A stretch of 63,989 nt of DNA, filler included, from Fonticula-like sp. SCN 57-25 (taxonomy: Eukaryota), in assembly GCA_001724245.1 (NCBI GenBank). It is 8 parts of 8 records of this genome, joined end to end, with 100 filler letters (N's around TTAATTAATTAA, not from the genome) between each part and the next. Parts side by side here need not be neighbours in the genome. Positions count along the whole stretch, not along the records: positions 1 to 8,147 come from MEDX01000312.1; positions 8,248 to 16,331 come from MEDX01000313.1; 6 more parts are not named here. One strand, given 5' to 3'. Position 1 is the first letter of the stretch. The number at the start of each line of letters is the position of its first letter. Below the pieces are notes generated by a model. The model was not told the origin of the DNA. It did not search any database and saw only the letters and a list, made by a program, of their open reading frames with translations. The position numbers were made by a program, and so were the translations under genes. Positions 1 to 12,200 of the stretch are shown piece by piece.

Positions 1-51
1 TTGCTAGTGCAAAGGTTGAGAAAATATTTTCAGAGTGTCGCGAAAACAGAT

Positions 52-125
52 GCTTGGGTGGCGCAATTGGTTAGCGCGTCAGACTGTTAATCTGGAGGCT
101 GGCGGTTCGATCCCGCCCCTGAGCG
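52..125 (+). tRNA. tRNA-Asn (GTT)
   Basis: Cloverleaf: acceptor GCTTGGG/CCTGAGC, anticodon arm TCAGA-CTGTTAA-TCTGG, T-arm GGCGG-TTCGATC-CCGCC; CCA at 126-128, then a T-run Pol III terminator. Confidence 0.95.
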
Positions 126-209
126 CCATATTTTTTGCTTTTTGGGTCGTTTTGCGCCGTCAGCATTCAGTTGTCCAGCTCGGCACTGCTCAGCATCGGC
201 GTCTCGTCC

Positions 210-1426
210 ATGCTGGCCACGATCATGTCGTATATTCTGGCTGGTATTCAGTATCTGGCGGCCGCTGGCGGCGCTGTCGTCGTCGCCGGTCTCGGCGCGC
301 TGTACATGTACCAGCGCAAGCTTGTATATCCGGCCGACTTTGTGCCCGTACGCCTCGCTTGATCCCCTGCCGCGCGCGTTGACCCTCGCGACTCGCCAGG
401 AGGCTCGCACTGCTGTGCCGCGCCCCGACGAGTTTGGTCTGGCGCACTGGGACTCGCTCTCGTGGGTCACCCCTGACGGCGTGCGCATCACCGGCTACCT
501 CATCAAGCGCGCGACGGATGCCGAGACGCGCGCCGCGCCGACGATCCTCTTCCTTCACGTACGCGCCCGCTCTGCTTCACCGCTTTCTCACACAGCTATA
601 GGCAAATGCCGGAAATATGGTGCATATATCAATGTAAGTGCATTTCACTGCTAACTCTCGCGGCTGATGTGCAGGGTCATCGTCTGCCAATCGCCGCCGT
701 TCTTCACCGCGAACTCGGCTGCAACATCGTCATGCTGAGCTACCGGGGGTACGCTCCTTGCCCTTGTATGTCCGCCGCTGACGGCTTGCAGGTACGGCCT
801 CAGCGAGGGCTCCCCTAGCGAAGCTGGTCTACAGATCGACGCCAAGGTGGCGCTCGACTTTATCACCGAACACCCCGAGCTGGACGAGAGTCAAGTGGTC
901 GTGTACGGCCAGTCGCTAGGCGGCGCCGTCGCCATCTACCTCGCGAGCACATTCCCCGAAAAGGTACATTTTTTGCATATGTTTTTGCATTTCTGACGCT
1001 TGAAAAGGTTAAGGCGGTCATGATTGAAAACACGTTCCTCTCAATTGTACGCTTTCCCGCCAAATTCCCGCCACATTTTGCTGAGTCATTCTTAGCCTAA
1101 GCTTGTCCCACATCTGCTGCCTTACCTGTCGGCCGTTCGCTTTGCGTGCTCTGAGCAGTGGCCGAGTGAAGATCGCATCAAAAAGATCAGGGTGCCGATC
1201 CTGTTCTTGTCGGGCACGCACGATGAGATCGTCCCGGCGATGCACATGCACGAGTTGCACGCAAGCTGCCCATCGCCTTCAAAGGTGCGTTTCTGATTGG
1301 TTGAGAGGTGCTAAGAGTGTGTAGTACATGACGATATTCCCCAATGGGACGCACAACGATACGTGTGTCAAGGAGGGGTACTTTGAGGCGATCAAGGGGT
1401 TCTGGGCGGCGCATGTGGCAAACTGA
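210..1426 (+). CDS. ABHD13/Bem46-family alpha/beta hydrolase, multi-exon
   Basis: N-terminal TM segment then YQRKLVYP, H|ANAGNM|GHRLP (18-nt microexon), SYRGYG.SEG.PSE.GL, nucleophile elbow GQSLGG, PILFLSG..DEIVP, GTHND. Confidence 0.9.
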
Positions 1427-1754
1427 GTTTGCGTATGTATATTGAAAGAATAATATTAAAGCAATACTATTATGGTCCTTATCTATTCAATTGACAGCAC
1501 TATTTCTGCATTTCACTTTGTTATGAAGCCAAGTTGAAAGACCGATATCAATTTCATCATATTTCACTTGCATTTTTATTGAGTACATAGCATTTTTATG
1601 ACCATTTATTACCTTATTATGACCCTGCGCAGCCAATAGTGCACCTTTTATTATTCAAAGTGCATCAAACATACCAAATTTGACGAGGCCGATTTCGACC
1701 AATCAGAAGCGAATCAGAAGCGTTCGCGCCATATTTCAAAGCGCCACCCCATTG

Positions 1755-4345
1755 ATGGCGGACAATGTGGCCGCGCCGGTAGCGCCCGCCGCGGCCGATC
1801 CCCCCGCGGCGGCCGCCATTTCAGCCGACGTCGAGCTTGCCTTGACCGAAATGGAGCAGTGGACCGAGGCCGTCCCGGCTGTCGCGATGCCTTCGTCGCT
1901 AATCCGCAAGGCTGGCTTGCCGACATCATCAGCATCATTGTCGACACCAGTGGCGCCCACTGCTTCCCCTTTGCCGATCCCCGTGCCCGTCCAGCCGACA
2001 GAGCCCGCTTTCTCTCCCGTTGCAGCGGCGCCGCTTCCCGATCCGGAGCCCGATCAGCGCGACGAAGTTCCTGCTGACATGTTTGACCGCGTGGCTGCGC
2101 AGATCGAAGCCATCGCCCAGCATCACCGCGCGGTGCGTCTCGCTTCAGCTCGGTCGATCTTGCTCACGCTCTTCTGTTTTTCTTTTACTTTTCTTTTGTT
2201 TTCTCTTTCTTTTGTGCAGCTTGGCGAGGAACTTGTCACTCTGACGGCCGGCTACGAATCGCTCCGCGCTGCCGTAACAAAGCGCCTCGCCGATCCCGCC
2301 ACGGTGCGCCTACTTTTTAGTCTCTTTTCCCCCTCTTTTCCTATCAAAAACTGACCATTTCAATTCGCTAGGGCAACCCTTCCAAGCGCGCGCGCACCGA
2401 AGATCCGATCCTGCTAGATTCTTCGAGTCAGCAGGACGCCCTTGTCTCGCAGCTCCAGGCGCAGCTCGAGCAGCAGCAGCGCCAGCGCCAGCAGCTCCAG
2501 CAGCTCGTTCTCCAGCAGGAAGAGGAGCTCAAGCAGCAGCAGGCGCTCACCGTGCAGCAGCAGGACGCGCTGCAAAAGGCGCTCAGTCACCAGCGCGCGT
2601 CGCCTTCCACGCCCGCCTCTTCTTCTTCCTCGCGCGCCGACGAAGGAAAGAGCGCCACGCGGCCGGCAACGCGCGTGCGGCAGCTCGACGCCTTCAGCTC
2701 GGACATTGATTCGGACACTGAGGACGAGCGCGACGCGCCGCCAAGCAGAGTGCCCGAAGCGGCAAAGGGAAGGGCAGAGCCCGCGCGGGCAATCGACGTT
2801 GCGTCGGCGCGCGAGGTCGAAGTAATGACAAATATAAAGTGCGCTTTTTTGATAGGGAATTTGGTAGGAAAAGTGGCTAAATGGAATGTGAATAGGGTCG
2901 TGATACATGATAGGTGCTTTGTGAGGAAGCCGAGGTCGCTGCTGGCGCACCCGGACGCGTCGTCGCCTTTGGCTCGGTACATGGTCACAAGGTGCGAATC
3001 AAATTGTGGTCTTATTTGTGTCATTTTGTGATTATTTGGTGCATTTTGTGGCCAATTTATGGTCATTGTGAATGATTTGTGTGTCTTTTCAGTGACATTT
3101 TTCATGATTTTTGATCTTTTCTTACCTTTTTTCACCTTCCACAGCTGCCTGAATGGCACATTTCAGTTTTGGTCGATTGCCAAAAAAGCCGTTTCACTTC
3201 AAGTCGACCAGAAAAAACTCGGCTGCAAGTGGGTCGAAGACATGTGCTGGATCGACAATGGCCGCGCGCTGCTCCTCGCCATGGAAAACGACGGGCAGGA
3301 CCCGCGGCGACTTCTCGGCATTTCGACCGTTGACGCGGCGGCGGCGGCGGCCAATGGCGGGTCGAGGATAAAGTGCAGATTTGCGCACTTGAATCAGGAG
3401 GCGGCAAAGGAGACGTTGAATGCGGTGGTTGGGTTGGGGGCCAATCAGAATTCGTTCCAGTTTGCGGTGGCGGGAAACGAAAAGCGTGTCGTACGTCAAT
3501 TTGGTTGTTTTTTGATATAACATTGTTGTGTTTCTTTTATTGTGACGTTGTTCATGGCCACTTCATGGCCGTTTTTGACCAAATTGTGACCATTTTGTGA
3601 CCAATTTGTGGGATTTTATCTTTTTTCCCGCCCTTTTTGTGTCTTTTCCCGCCTTTTCCCGCCTTCTCACACACATTTCAGCTACTTTATGATGTTGAGC
3701 GCTCTTCGCACACTGTCCTTTCCACTGTCCCCTTTGGCACCAAGCACACCGCCGCTGTCCAATCCCTGTGCAGCTCCCGCGACCGCTCGACCGTCTTTTC
3801 CGGCGGCGCCGACCGCAAAGTCTTTCAGTGCGACGTCGAAACGTCCCAGGCGTCGCTTCTTCACACCTTTGGCGAGCGCGTCGGCAGCCTTTCGTGCAAC
3901 CCCGTCGACAATTCTCTTCTTTTAGCTTGTCTTTCCGCGCGCGACAAGCAGCTCGCGCTCGTCGACACGCGGTTCGGCCGCGTGGTCGCCAACTTTGGAA
4001 GCGACGAAAAGGAGAGCCTTTCGAGGTATATTGTGCCGAGCTGGCACAGGGATGGCGTCCACGTGGCGTGCGGGTCGGCGAGCCCGCTCGTGAACGTGTG
4101 GGACATTCGGTACGTGGCGCTCGAGCGGCCGCACCAGACGATCGCCATGCACAGTACGCGAATCATTTTATGATTTTTAGTGAATTTGAAGGGAAATGCT
4201 GAGTCATGGTTTGGTAGGTAAGCGCGTGCTGAGGACAGTGTGGCACCCGGCGGATGATGCGCTGTACACGATCTCGTCGGACTCGGCGCTGGGGTGCACG
4301 TCGTACAGGTTCCAGAAGAAGGGGGAGACAAAGGCAGAGTATTAA
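1755..4345 (+). CDS. Coiled-coil + WD40-repeat protein, multi-exon
   Basis: Gln-rich coiled coil at ~2430-2590; WD repeats (HTAAVQSL..VFSGGADRKV, VACGSASPLVNVWDIR); GT-AG introns. Confidence 0.7.
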
Positions 4346-4698
4346 GAAGGATTATTCAGTATGGACATATATATCTTTATTATTGTGAGGAATGTAATAC
4401 ACATTGTATTGTATCGAATATGCGCGAGGACCAATACGGGTTGAACGTCAAATAGTTTTATGTGCAATATTGCGTACATTTGTGTTCATTTCAGCAAGGA
4501 TGCACTAAAATACGCAACAAAAGAAGGAAAGTATGGCGATTTCTCGTCATTTAATGCGCCATTTAACAGTAAAAAATATCTACGTTGTCGCTGGTATGGC
4601 TGCTGTGCTTTATTGGAGCACCAAAGGTGATTACAAATGTACATGCCAAAGAGGCTTCGGTAAGAAAGAAAGGAATTAAAGGACACTGCCTATGCTCG

Positions 4699-4971
4699 TC
4701 ACTGCTGCTTGGTAATGAAGGCGCCAGGGGCAGGGGCGTCCGACGGAGCGGCAAGCGCGGCCTCCTCCTGCTCCAGCTGAGCGACGTGCGTCTTGGCGGC
4801 TCTTATGGCGTTGCGGCCCATCCTACACGGCGGCATTAGAAAGATTCCATACTTTCAGTATCATTCGCACAAATAAGAAACCACTCCGCTAGTAATAGTA
4901 AACAGGGCGAGGCCGCTTACAACGCCCTTGAAGGCCACGTCCGTTACCCGGCGCCACGTTTCAATCGACAT
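4699..4971 (-). CDS. Small single-pass protein, COX14-like
   Basis: MSIETWRRVTDVAFKGVVSGLALFTITSGV, intron, charged tail; resembles the COX14 D..YK + TM pattern. Confidence 0.5.
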
Positions 4972-5264
4972 GATGATCCGCCCGACTGCGACTGCGTGCA
5001 CAGTGCGTGCACGTTCCCAATGCTGACTGTGTACCTGCACGTGATTGGCTGATATAAGACCCGGCCGATCCTGATTGGCTGAGCCATCCGGCCCGATATG
5101 CGCGCAAAGACCAAAGCAGACCAGTATAAATGACAAGCCATTTGTTTATTATTCAATTACAGTAGATAAGACTATCAAAAAGCTCTGAAAAAGCTCTTTT
5201 GAAGGTCGATATTTTGTTATACAATACATGTTGATCTGCCATCAGATGTGCGAGCAATGATGAT

Positions 5265-6269
5265 CTACTTCCCGCCCTGCATCTTCTGGACGACATCCTG
5301 CAGTGACGACACTCTCAGGGCTGCGCCCGTGTCCTGTGCCCGCTGCTGATCACTCTCGTCGTCCGTCTCGACCAGAAAAATGTGCGGGATAAACTGCTGC
5401 AGCACCTTGACCGCGACCGGCTCGGCTAATCATTCATGTCAGCAGCTGACCAAAAAGGATAAATTTCCCTCATTTGTAGCGCAAAAATCCCCAATTTGTC
5501 CACTCTATCCTTTAATATAAACGTACTATCGATATGAAGCTGCGAGCCGACGTGTCGCGCCATGTGCGCCTTGCCCTCTGCCGTGGCGCACACGAGCACG
5601 CGTCGCGGGTCTACGAGGCCGCTGAGCGCCGCCGCCACGGCGTCCCGCTCAGCGTCGGCGTCCGCGGCGCCCAACGCGTGTACAATGACGTACAGGTCGG
5701 AGGAGGCGGAGCCGAGGAGGGGAAGAGTGGAGCGTGCAGACGGCGTCAGTTGGAACGAGTCATCAACAAGGATCTAAAGGAAAGGAATAGGAAAAGGTAA
5801 GAAAATGGGGAAATAAACAAAATAAGCAACAAAAAATCAATACAACATATCAAAAATGCAACAAAAACAGTCTAAAATGTATCGAAATGTATCATGTTGA
5901 CATCACGCCCAGAGCAACCAGAAACATCGGCCAGCAGCAACTGAAAAAAGTCAAAAACGTACTTTTTTGGCGGATACCGTCACACAACGGACATTCTAAA
6001 AACATTGTTAGACACTACACAAACCAGTATCGAATTCGCACGAGTCTGCGGCGCGGTGCCGTCGATGATGCCGAGGTTGACGTTGACGTTGACGCTGATG
6101 CCGATGCCGATCCGGTTCCCGATGCCGTTCTTGATGCCGACGTCAATCGATCAGCTTCAATTGTTCTTGCGCTTCGCGCCAATGCAAGTCTCCTCTGCCG
6201 CCCGAGCAGCCACAGCAGCACCCACGCGCCGAGCGACGCGCCCAAAAGCGCCGCCACCCCTCGCTTCAT
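5265..6269 (-). CDS. PEX22: PEX22-like peroxisomal membrane anchor, multi-exon
   Basis: N-terminal TM followed by a basic patch; RVLVCATAEGKAHMARHVGSQLHID..EPVAVKVLQQFI resembles plant PEX22 KVLFCST..GR..FVRQL...WHID..PEIV.QL.RFI. Confidence 0.65.
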
Positions 6270-6279
6270 CACCACAATA

Positions 6280-6298
6280 TCACGTGACTTTCACGTGA
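6280..6298. promoter_or_regulatory. Tandem TCACGTGA E-boxes in the 39-bp PEX22/SSL1 bidirectional promoter
   Basis: TCACGTGA at 6280-6287 and 6291-6298 between divergent ATGs at 6269 and 6309. Confidence 0.6.
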
Positions 6299-6308
6299 CC
6301 TCGCTGCG

Positions 6309-8105
6309 ATGGCGACCGAGGAGGAGGTCAATGTGCTGGCCGACATTAACGCGAGCGACGTCGACGGCCACATTTGGGAGCAGGTGCGCCCACTGCGCAG
6401 CACAAAGCGGTTTTTGCTGATATTGTATTGATAGGAATATAACCGGACATGGAATGTAATTCGCGAGGATGAGGATGGCAGTCTTGCGACGACGGTGGCG
6501 AACCTGCAGCACCTCCAGAAGCGGAAGCGGTACACGCGGCCATCTTTCCTTTCACCTTCTCACACCGCTTTTCCAGTATTCACCGCGACACGCGCAGTGT
6601 TCGCCGCGGCATCATCCGCCATGTGTACCTCATCGTGGACATGTCGCGGGCCATGGAGGAGAAGGATCTTTCGCCATCGCGCGGCCTGCTGACGCTATCC
6701 CTCCTCGAGACATTCATAACAGAATTCTTTGATCAGAACCCGATCAGTCAGCTCGGCATTATTGTTACGCGCAACGCAAATATGGAAAAGCTCACGGATC
6801 TCGGCGGCAACCCGGCGGATCACATCAGGGCGCTCAGGCAGAATGTGCACTTTGCGGGCGAGCCGTCGCTGCAAAAGTCGCTCAATTTGGCGCACACTTT
6901 GTTAAAGTGCGCACGTGGGAAGAATAGAAAGGGAAAGCAAAGAAAAAGGGAAAGTAATTGTGTTGCTTTTGCTGCATCTGCTTCTTTTTTGCTGATGCTG
7001 ATGCTGGGCTAGTCATGTGCATCGGCACGCGAGCAGAGAGATCGTGGTGCTCATGGGGTCGCTCACGACGTGCGACCCGGGAAACATATTTGACACAATT
7101 GCGCAGCTAAAGGCCGACAAGTACGTACATATATTTTTATGATCGGTTGGGTTTGGTGTGCGGGATCACGATGGAAGTGGTAATTTATTGAGATTTGTTG
7201 TCATTTTGAGTTGTTTTGTGCCATTTTAGTGTCATTTTAGTGTCATTTTCGTGTCAAATTGTGTCACTTTTCATTCATTTTCCTACTTTTCACTCGTTCT
7301 CCTCACCTTTTATTCACTTTCCTTCAGGGTCCGCTGCTCCGTCATTGGCCTTTCCGCCTCCGTCCACGTCTGCCGCTCGCTCTCCTCCTCCACCGGCGGC
7401 ACCTATGACGTCATCATGAACGACTCCCACTACAAAGAAGCCCTCCTCGAGCACATCCACCCACCTCCCCTCACCGCCGCGACCGCCCAAAGCGCACTTG
7501 TCCCCATGGGCTTCCCTCTCCGCAAGCAAGCCCACTTTGCCGCCATGTGCGCCTGCCACCCAAAGCCGACACGTGGCGGATTTGTGTGCCCGCGGTGCAG
7601 CGCAGTCGTGTGTGACATTCCAGCGGACTGCCCAGTGTGTGGGCTCACGCTCGTGTCGTCGCCGCACTTGGCGAGGTCGTACCATCACTTGTTTCCGGTG
7701 CAGCCGTTTGGCGAAAAGTCGAGAGTGACTGGTGGGAATAGTAATGCTAGTGGGAGGGGGAATAGTAATAGTAGTAGTGGTAATACTGGTAATACTGGTG
7801 GGAATAGTAATACTTTAGCTTCTTCCACTAATGCTACTGCTACTTCCACTACTGCTACTGCTACTGGTGGTAATAGCAATAGTTCTGGAAGTGCGTCTAT
7901 AACGATAACACTTTCGGCTACTACTACTTTTGCAAAGTGTTTTGCATGCCAGATTGCATGTGTTCGTGGCGAGTCTGTTTATGTCTGCGGCGAGTGCGGC
8001 AAAGAGTACTGCAGTGACTGCGATGTTTATATACACGAGGTGCTGCACAACTGCCCGGGGTGTCTCGTGGCGGAGCAAAGGCGGCAGCAGCAGGAGGCTG
8101 AGTGA
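6309..8105 (+). CDS. SSL1: TFIIH subunit p44 (Ssl1/GTF2H2)
   Basis: RRGIIRHVYLIVDMS, EFFDQNPISQLG, GEPSLQ, SLTTCDPG, CPRC..CPVCGLTLVSSPHLARSYHHLFP, C-terminal CSDCDVYIHEVLHNCPGC. Confidence 0.97.
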
Positions 8106-8147
8106 GGCCACGTGGATATTATGTGACACATGATGTGTTGTACAAAT

Positions 8148-8247
8148 NNNNNNNNNNNNNNNNNNNNNNNNNNNNNNNNNNNNNNNNNNNNTTAATTAAT
8201 TAANNNNNNNNNNNNNNNNNNNNNNNNNNNNNNNNNNNNNNNNNNNN
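8148..8247. other. Artificial contig linker (N-run, TTAATTAATTAA, N-run)
   Basis: Six-frame stop spacer; the same linker recurs at 16332-16431, 24501-24600, 33210-33309, 41332-41431, 49445-49544 and 57536-57635. Confidence 0.97.
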
Positions 8248-9069
8248 TTTGTGTACATTCCGCTGCTTGTGATCGGCACGTTCGCCGCGATCCTCATCGC
8301 GCGCGCCCTCAACGTCTTCCCGCTCAGCTGGTTCATCAACTTTTGCCTGCTGCGCCGCGGCAGTGTGCGGCGCACCACCGACACGGGCTGCGACGCCGCC
8401 ATTAGGAGGGGAAAGATCCAGCCGCGCACGCAGATCGTCCTCTGGTGGTCGGGGCTCCGCGGCGCCATGGCGTTCGCGCTCGCCGTGCAGCTCGACAACC
8501 CTATCATCCTCACCACGACGCTGTGGATCGTCATCCTCACCGTGGCGTGCATGGGAGGCTCGACGCTGTGGCTGCTCGAGAAGCTGCACGTGCCGACAGG
8601 CATCATCCTCAAGGAGGACGGCGCACAAGAGGGGGCGCACGACGACGCGGCGGACGCGGGAGACAACGCGGCTGCGGCGGTCGACAGCGACGTCACGCGC
8701 ATCCTCGGGGACGACGACGGTATGCCGACCAACATTTCGATCGCGACAGCCGCGCAGCAGAGCTCGGGCGGGTGGTTCGGCAGGCTCGACAGGCGGCTGC
8801 TTCTTCCTTTCCTCACCGTGGCGCAGCCGGCGGCCCAGGCGGCGGCCGGGGGGGCGGGCGCGGGAGGGGACATTGACGAAGCCGCCATCGCGCTGCTCGA
8901 AAAGAACCCCAGCGACGCCATGAGCTCCTCGACTTCTTCCACCTCTTCCTCCTCCTCCTCCTCGTCTGCGCAGGGCCGCAGGTACGAGGCCGCGAGCTTG
9001 ATTGATTTCAGCGGGGATGCGTACGGCCAGCCGCCGCCGCGCAAGACCCACGCGGACCATATTGCATAG
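8248..9069 (+). CDS. Endosomal Na+/H+ exchanger (NHX1/NHE6-9 family), 3' partial
   Basis: ARALNVFPLS, WWSGLRGAMAFALA, TTTLWIVILTV..GGST, WFGRLDRRLLLPFLT. Confidence 0.93.
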   Translation, partial: FVYIPLLVIGTFAAILIARALNVFPLSWFINFCLLRRGSVRRTTDTGCDAAIRRGKIQPRTQIVLWWSGLRGAMAFALAVQLDNPIILTTTLWIVILTVACMGGSTLWLLEKLHVPTGIILKEDGAQEGAHDDAADAGDNAAAAVDSDVTRILGDDDGMPTNISIATAAQQSSGGWFGRLDRRLLLPFLTVAQPAAQAAAGGAGAGGDIDEAAIALLEKNPSDAMSSSTSSTSSSSSSSSAQGRRYEAASLIDFSGDAYGQPPPRKTHADHIA

Positions 9070-9227
9070 TGCATTTAGGTAAGCATATCGCATTTCGAAG
9101 AAGCGTTGTTTTTTAGCTATTTATAATAAAAGTAACGCATATATTTGTGCCATACTGCAGAAAATATCATAGTATTACAGGACCTAATAAATAAACACAC
9201 ATTCACACACAAAAGGAACACCGACAT

Positions 9228-12200
9228 CTATGCAGCACCGGTTCCGACTCCGCACGTTGGCTCGGTGAGCGCCATGAGATACTGCTGCGGCGAGATGCTG
9301 GGCATCGCCGTGCGGTTCATGAGGTCAGAGAGATACGTCAGGCGGTTGGAGAACGGCGGCGGCGACTTGAGCGCCTCAATCGATTTCCACGACGCGTTGA
9401 TGGCCGTGGTGCGCACGAGCGGCGCAAGCGCGCGCTTCGACACGATAGCTCCGTTGGTAAGCGGGCCAAAGCAGTACCCCTTCTCGTTCAGAATCTCGAC
9501 GTGGAAGAGGCCCGACGGGAGCGGGGTGACGATAATCTTGACGGAAGCAAAGCGCGACTTGAACACGAGCGGGTCAAACTTGCGATAGTGGTCGTTCCAG
9601 ACGATGAGCACGTCGTCGTTACCGACGTGCCTCTTCTTGTTGTCGTGCCCCTTCTCGCCCCCGCCCATCGGGATCTGCGTGCTGACGTGGAAGATCACCT
9701 CGTTGATGGCCGTGGCAAAGTACGGCGCCGTCGCCCCGCTCTTCTTGTTGGGCTCAAGTCCACCCAAGAATCCGGGGTGCGTGGCGACGTCCACCTGCCA
9801 GCCGAGGCCGTCGACAAAGTCGGTGTAGTCGGCGCTTCCTTCGCTGTTGGCAAACATCTCGGCTTCCGTCTCCTGCCCCTCTGCAACGTACAGTACGCCG
9901 ATCTTTAGCGTCGCGCGGCCGCTCACCTTGTCAACCAGCGGAATGTCGCGGCTAAACTTTTTCGAGCTCTTGTTCAGCACTTGGATGCTGTTGTTCTCGC
10001 CTTGGCGCTCCAGCGGCAGGATCCCAAAGTCGTGCAGCAAAAGGCGGCCACGCTCAAAGAGCGTCGGCGTGGACGGGAGCGCCTTTGGCGCCTCAGGATT
10101 AGCGTGGCGAGGCGCAGTGCGGCCCGTCTGCGCGTTCGTCCGCTCATCATGCACCTGCGAGTGCAGGCGCGTCGCCGCTGCCGAAACAACCGAGGCGGTT
10201 GAGTCAAGCACTGGCGGCGGCGCGTTCAGCGGCTGCGAGGAGAACAAAAGACACTCGGGATGGTCCACGGAAAGCGCCGCAAGCATCGCCTCCACATTAT
10301 CGGCCGGTGAAGAAGTAGCAGCGCTGGGGGGCGCTGTGGCACTCCCTCCCGCCGACGGCGTCGGCGTCATGGGCGTTGACGGCGAACTGCGCAGCGACTC
10401 GGAAACCGAGGCCGCAGCCGCGTCCGACGCCGGCTCGGGCGCTGCCAGAACCGTGGCCACGCGCAGCGGCGACGGCGCAACGATGTCGCCCGACGGCGTC
10501 GCCTCGTCCGCCTCAGTCAGGAGCGCGATGCGGGGCGACGCAATGGCAAGCTCGGGTGCGTCCTTTTTGACGCGCACGGGCGGCTCGCCGTAGAACGGCT
10601 TAAAGTCCCAGGCGTACTTGCCGCTCATGTTCCTCGCAATGATGCGTGCGTACTTGCCGCCAAGGTCGAGAACCGAAAGCGCCGTAGAGTCGTGCGACAG
10701 CGCCACGCCGAGGGTGTCGAGGTTGCCCGCGTCGTCCGTCTCGACGACGTCGCTCGTCAGCTGAGCCGCGCCGACGACGGGCGTCGGGAAGAACTGAAGG
10801 TAATGGAGCATGTGGACAAGCGTCTGGAGGGCAATGGTGCGCGTTGCCTCGTCAGTCCCCTGCGTGCCGACCGCGTCCGCGCCGTCATCCTCGCTCGAGC
10901 GCGACGTGTTGCTGGTCAAGGGCCCGCCGCCGCCGACGCGCACGCGCGGGATTTCCAAAAGAGCGGGCAGAATTCCAGCAACCATCGGCAGCTGCAGCGT
11001 AGCAATAATTTCTTCGCCGACAGCGCTCGTCGGCGTCATCGTAGGCATCGGCGTCGGCGCGCCGCCAGTTGTCGGCGTCGTTGCATATGCGTTGACCGGC
11101 ACGCTGTCTGCACCAGCACCGTGCGAGGAGGCCGACATGCTGGTGGGCGTCGAGGCAAACGAGCGCGACTGCATCAGCGCAACGTCGAGCGCTCCAAAGA
11201 TGATTTCCGCGAGATGCGCATTGTCCTTGTCGGGCGACGGCACAAACGCGACGGCGGGGAAAGCAGTGACCCACTCAAGGAGGCAGTTGAGCAGCAGCGC
11301 AATAATCTCGGGGCGAGAGCGTTCGTTGGACAAGTGGGCGCGCAAGCCCGCCACGATGCGCTCAAACGCGTCAATAATCTTGAGGCGAGAGAGCGAGCCG
11401 CCACGCGACGAGGACGCATTGATCGAATGACACGCGTTCGCGAGGAAGGTCAAGCAGTCCACGGCGGCAGTGACGATCGGAACCGACGTCATCCGAATGT
11501 GATCCAGCAGCGTGGTTATCGTGTCATTAAGCGACAAGTGCGACGAGGCAGCAGCAGCCATGGATGATGACGAAGACGTCGACAGCGCAACATCCGACAC
11601 GGCGTACATTTCGTCAGAGGCGGCAGTGGTTAGGCAGCACAACAGGGCGGCGCGCTGGTCAGTGGTGAACGTCTGCCGCGCCGCCGGCAGTTGGACCAAC
11701 TGCTGAATAGTCTGTCGGTGCACCGCACGCAGGCCGCTTCCGTTTTCGCTGCGGAAATCCTCCGCCGCACTTGTGCCGACCGATGCAACCTTTCTAAAGT
11801 CGACCAGTGGCGCATCGCCAAGGAGTGTGCATACTCCCGAGAGCGAAGCCAAAATCTGAATGGCCGACGAGCGCAGCTCATCATCCTGGATCTCTTCGAT
11901 TCCGAGGCCCGCCGGCGACACCAGCCAATGCCGGATCCCGCGGAGGAACGAGGGCGCGAGGCCTTCCGCGCCTGGCAGGCACGTCGCGAAGACACGCGTC
12001 GAATTGCGAATGACGTGGGAGAACACGTCAGGGTTGTTGGCGTGCATCGAGCGGCGGATCAGCTCGTAAAAGAGGGGCAGAACGGCGAGAGCGTGCGCCG
12101 AAATGTGCGGCGAGCTCGGTAGTGCAGAGGCCGAAAGCGACAAAAACGACTGCGAATGCTGACGCGAGAGACCTTGCTCGGGGGAAGTGGCCGTAGCATT

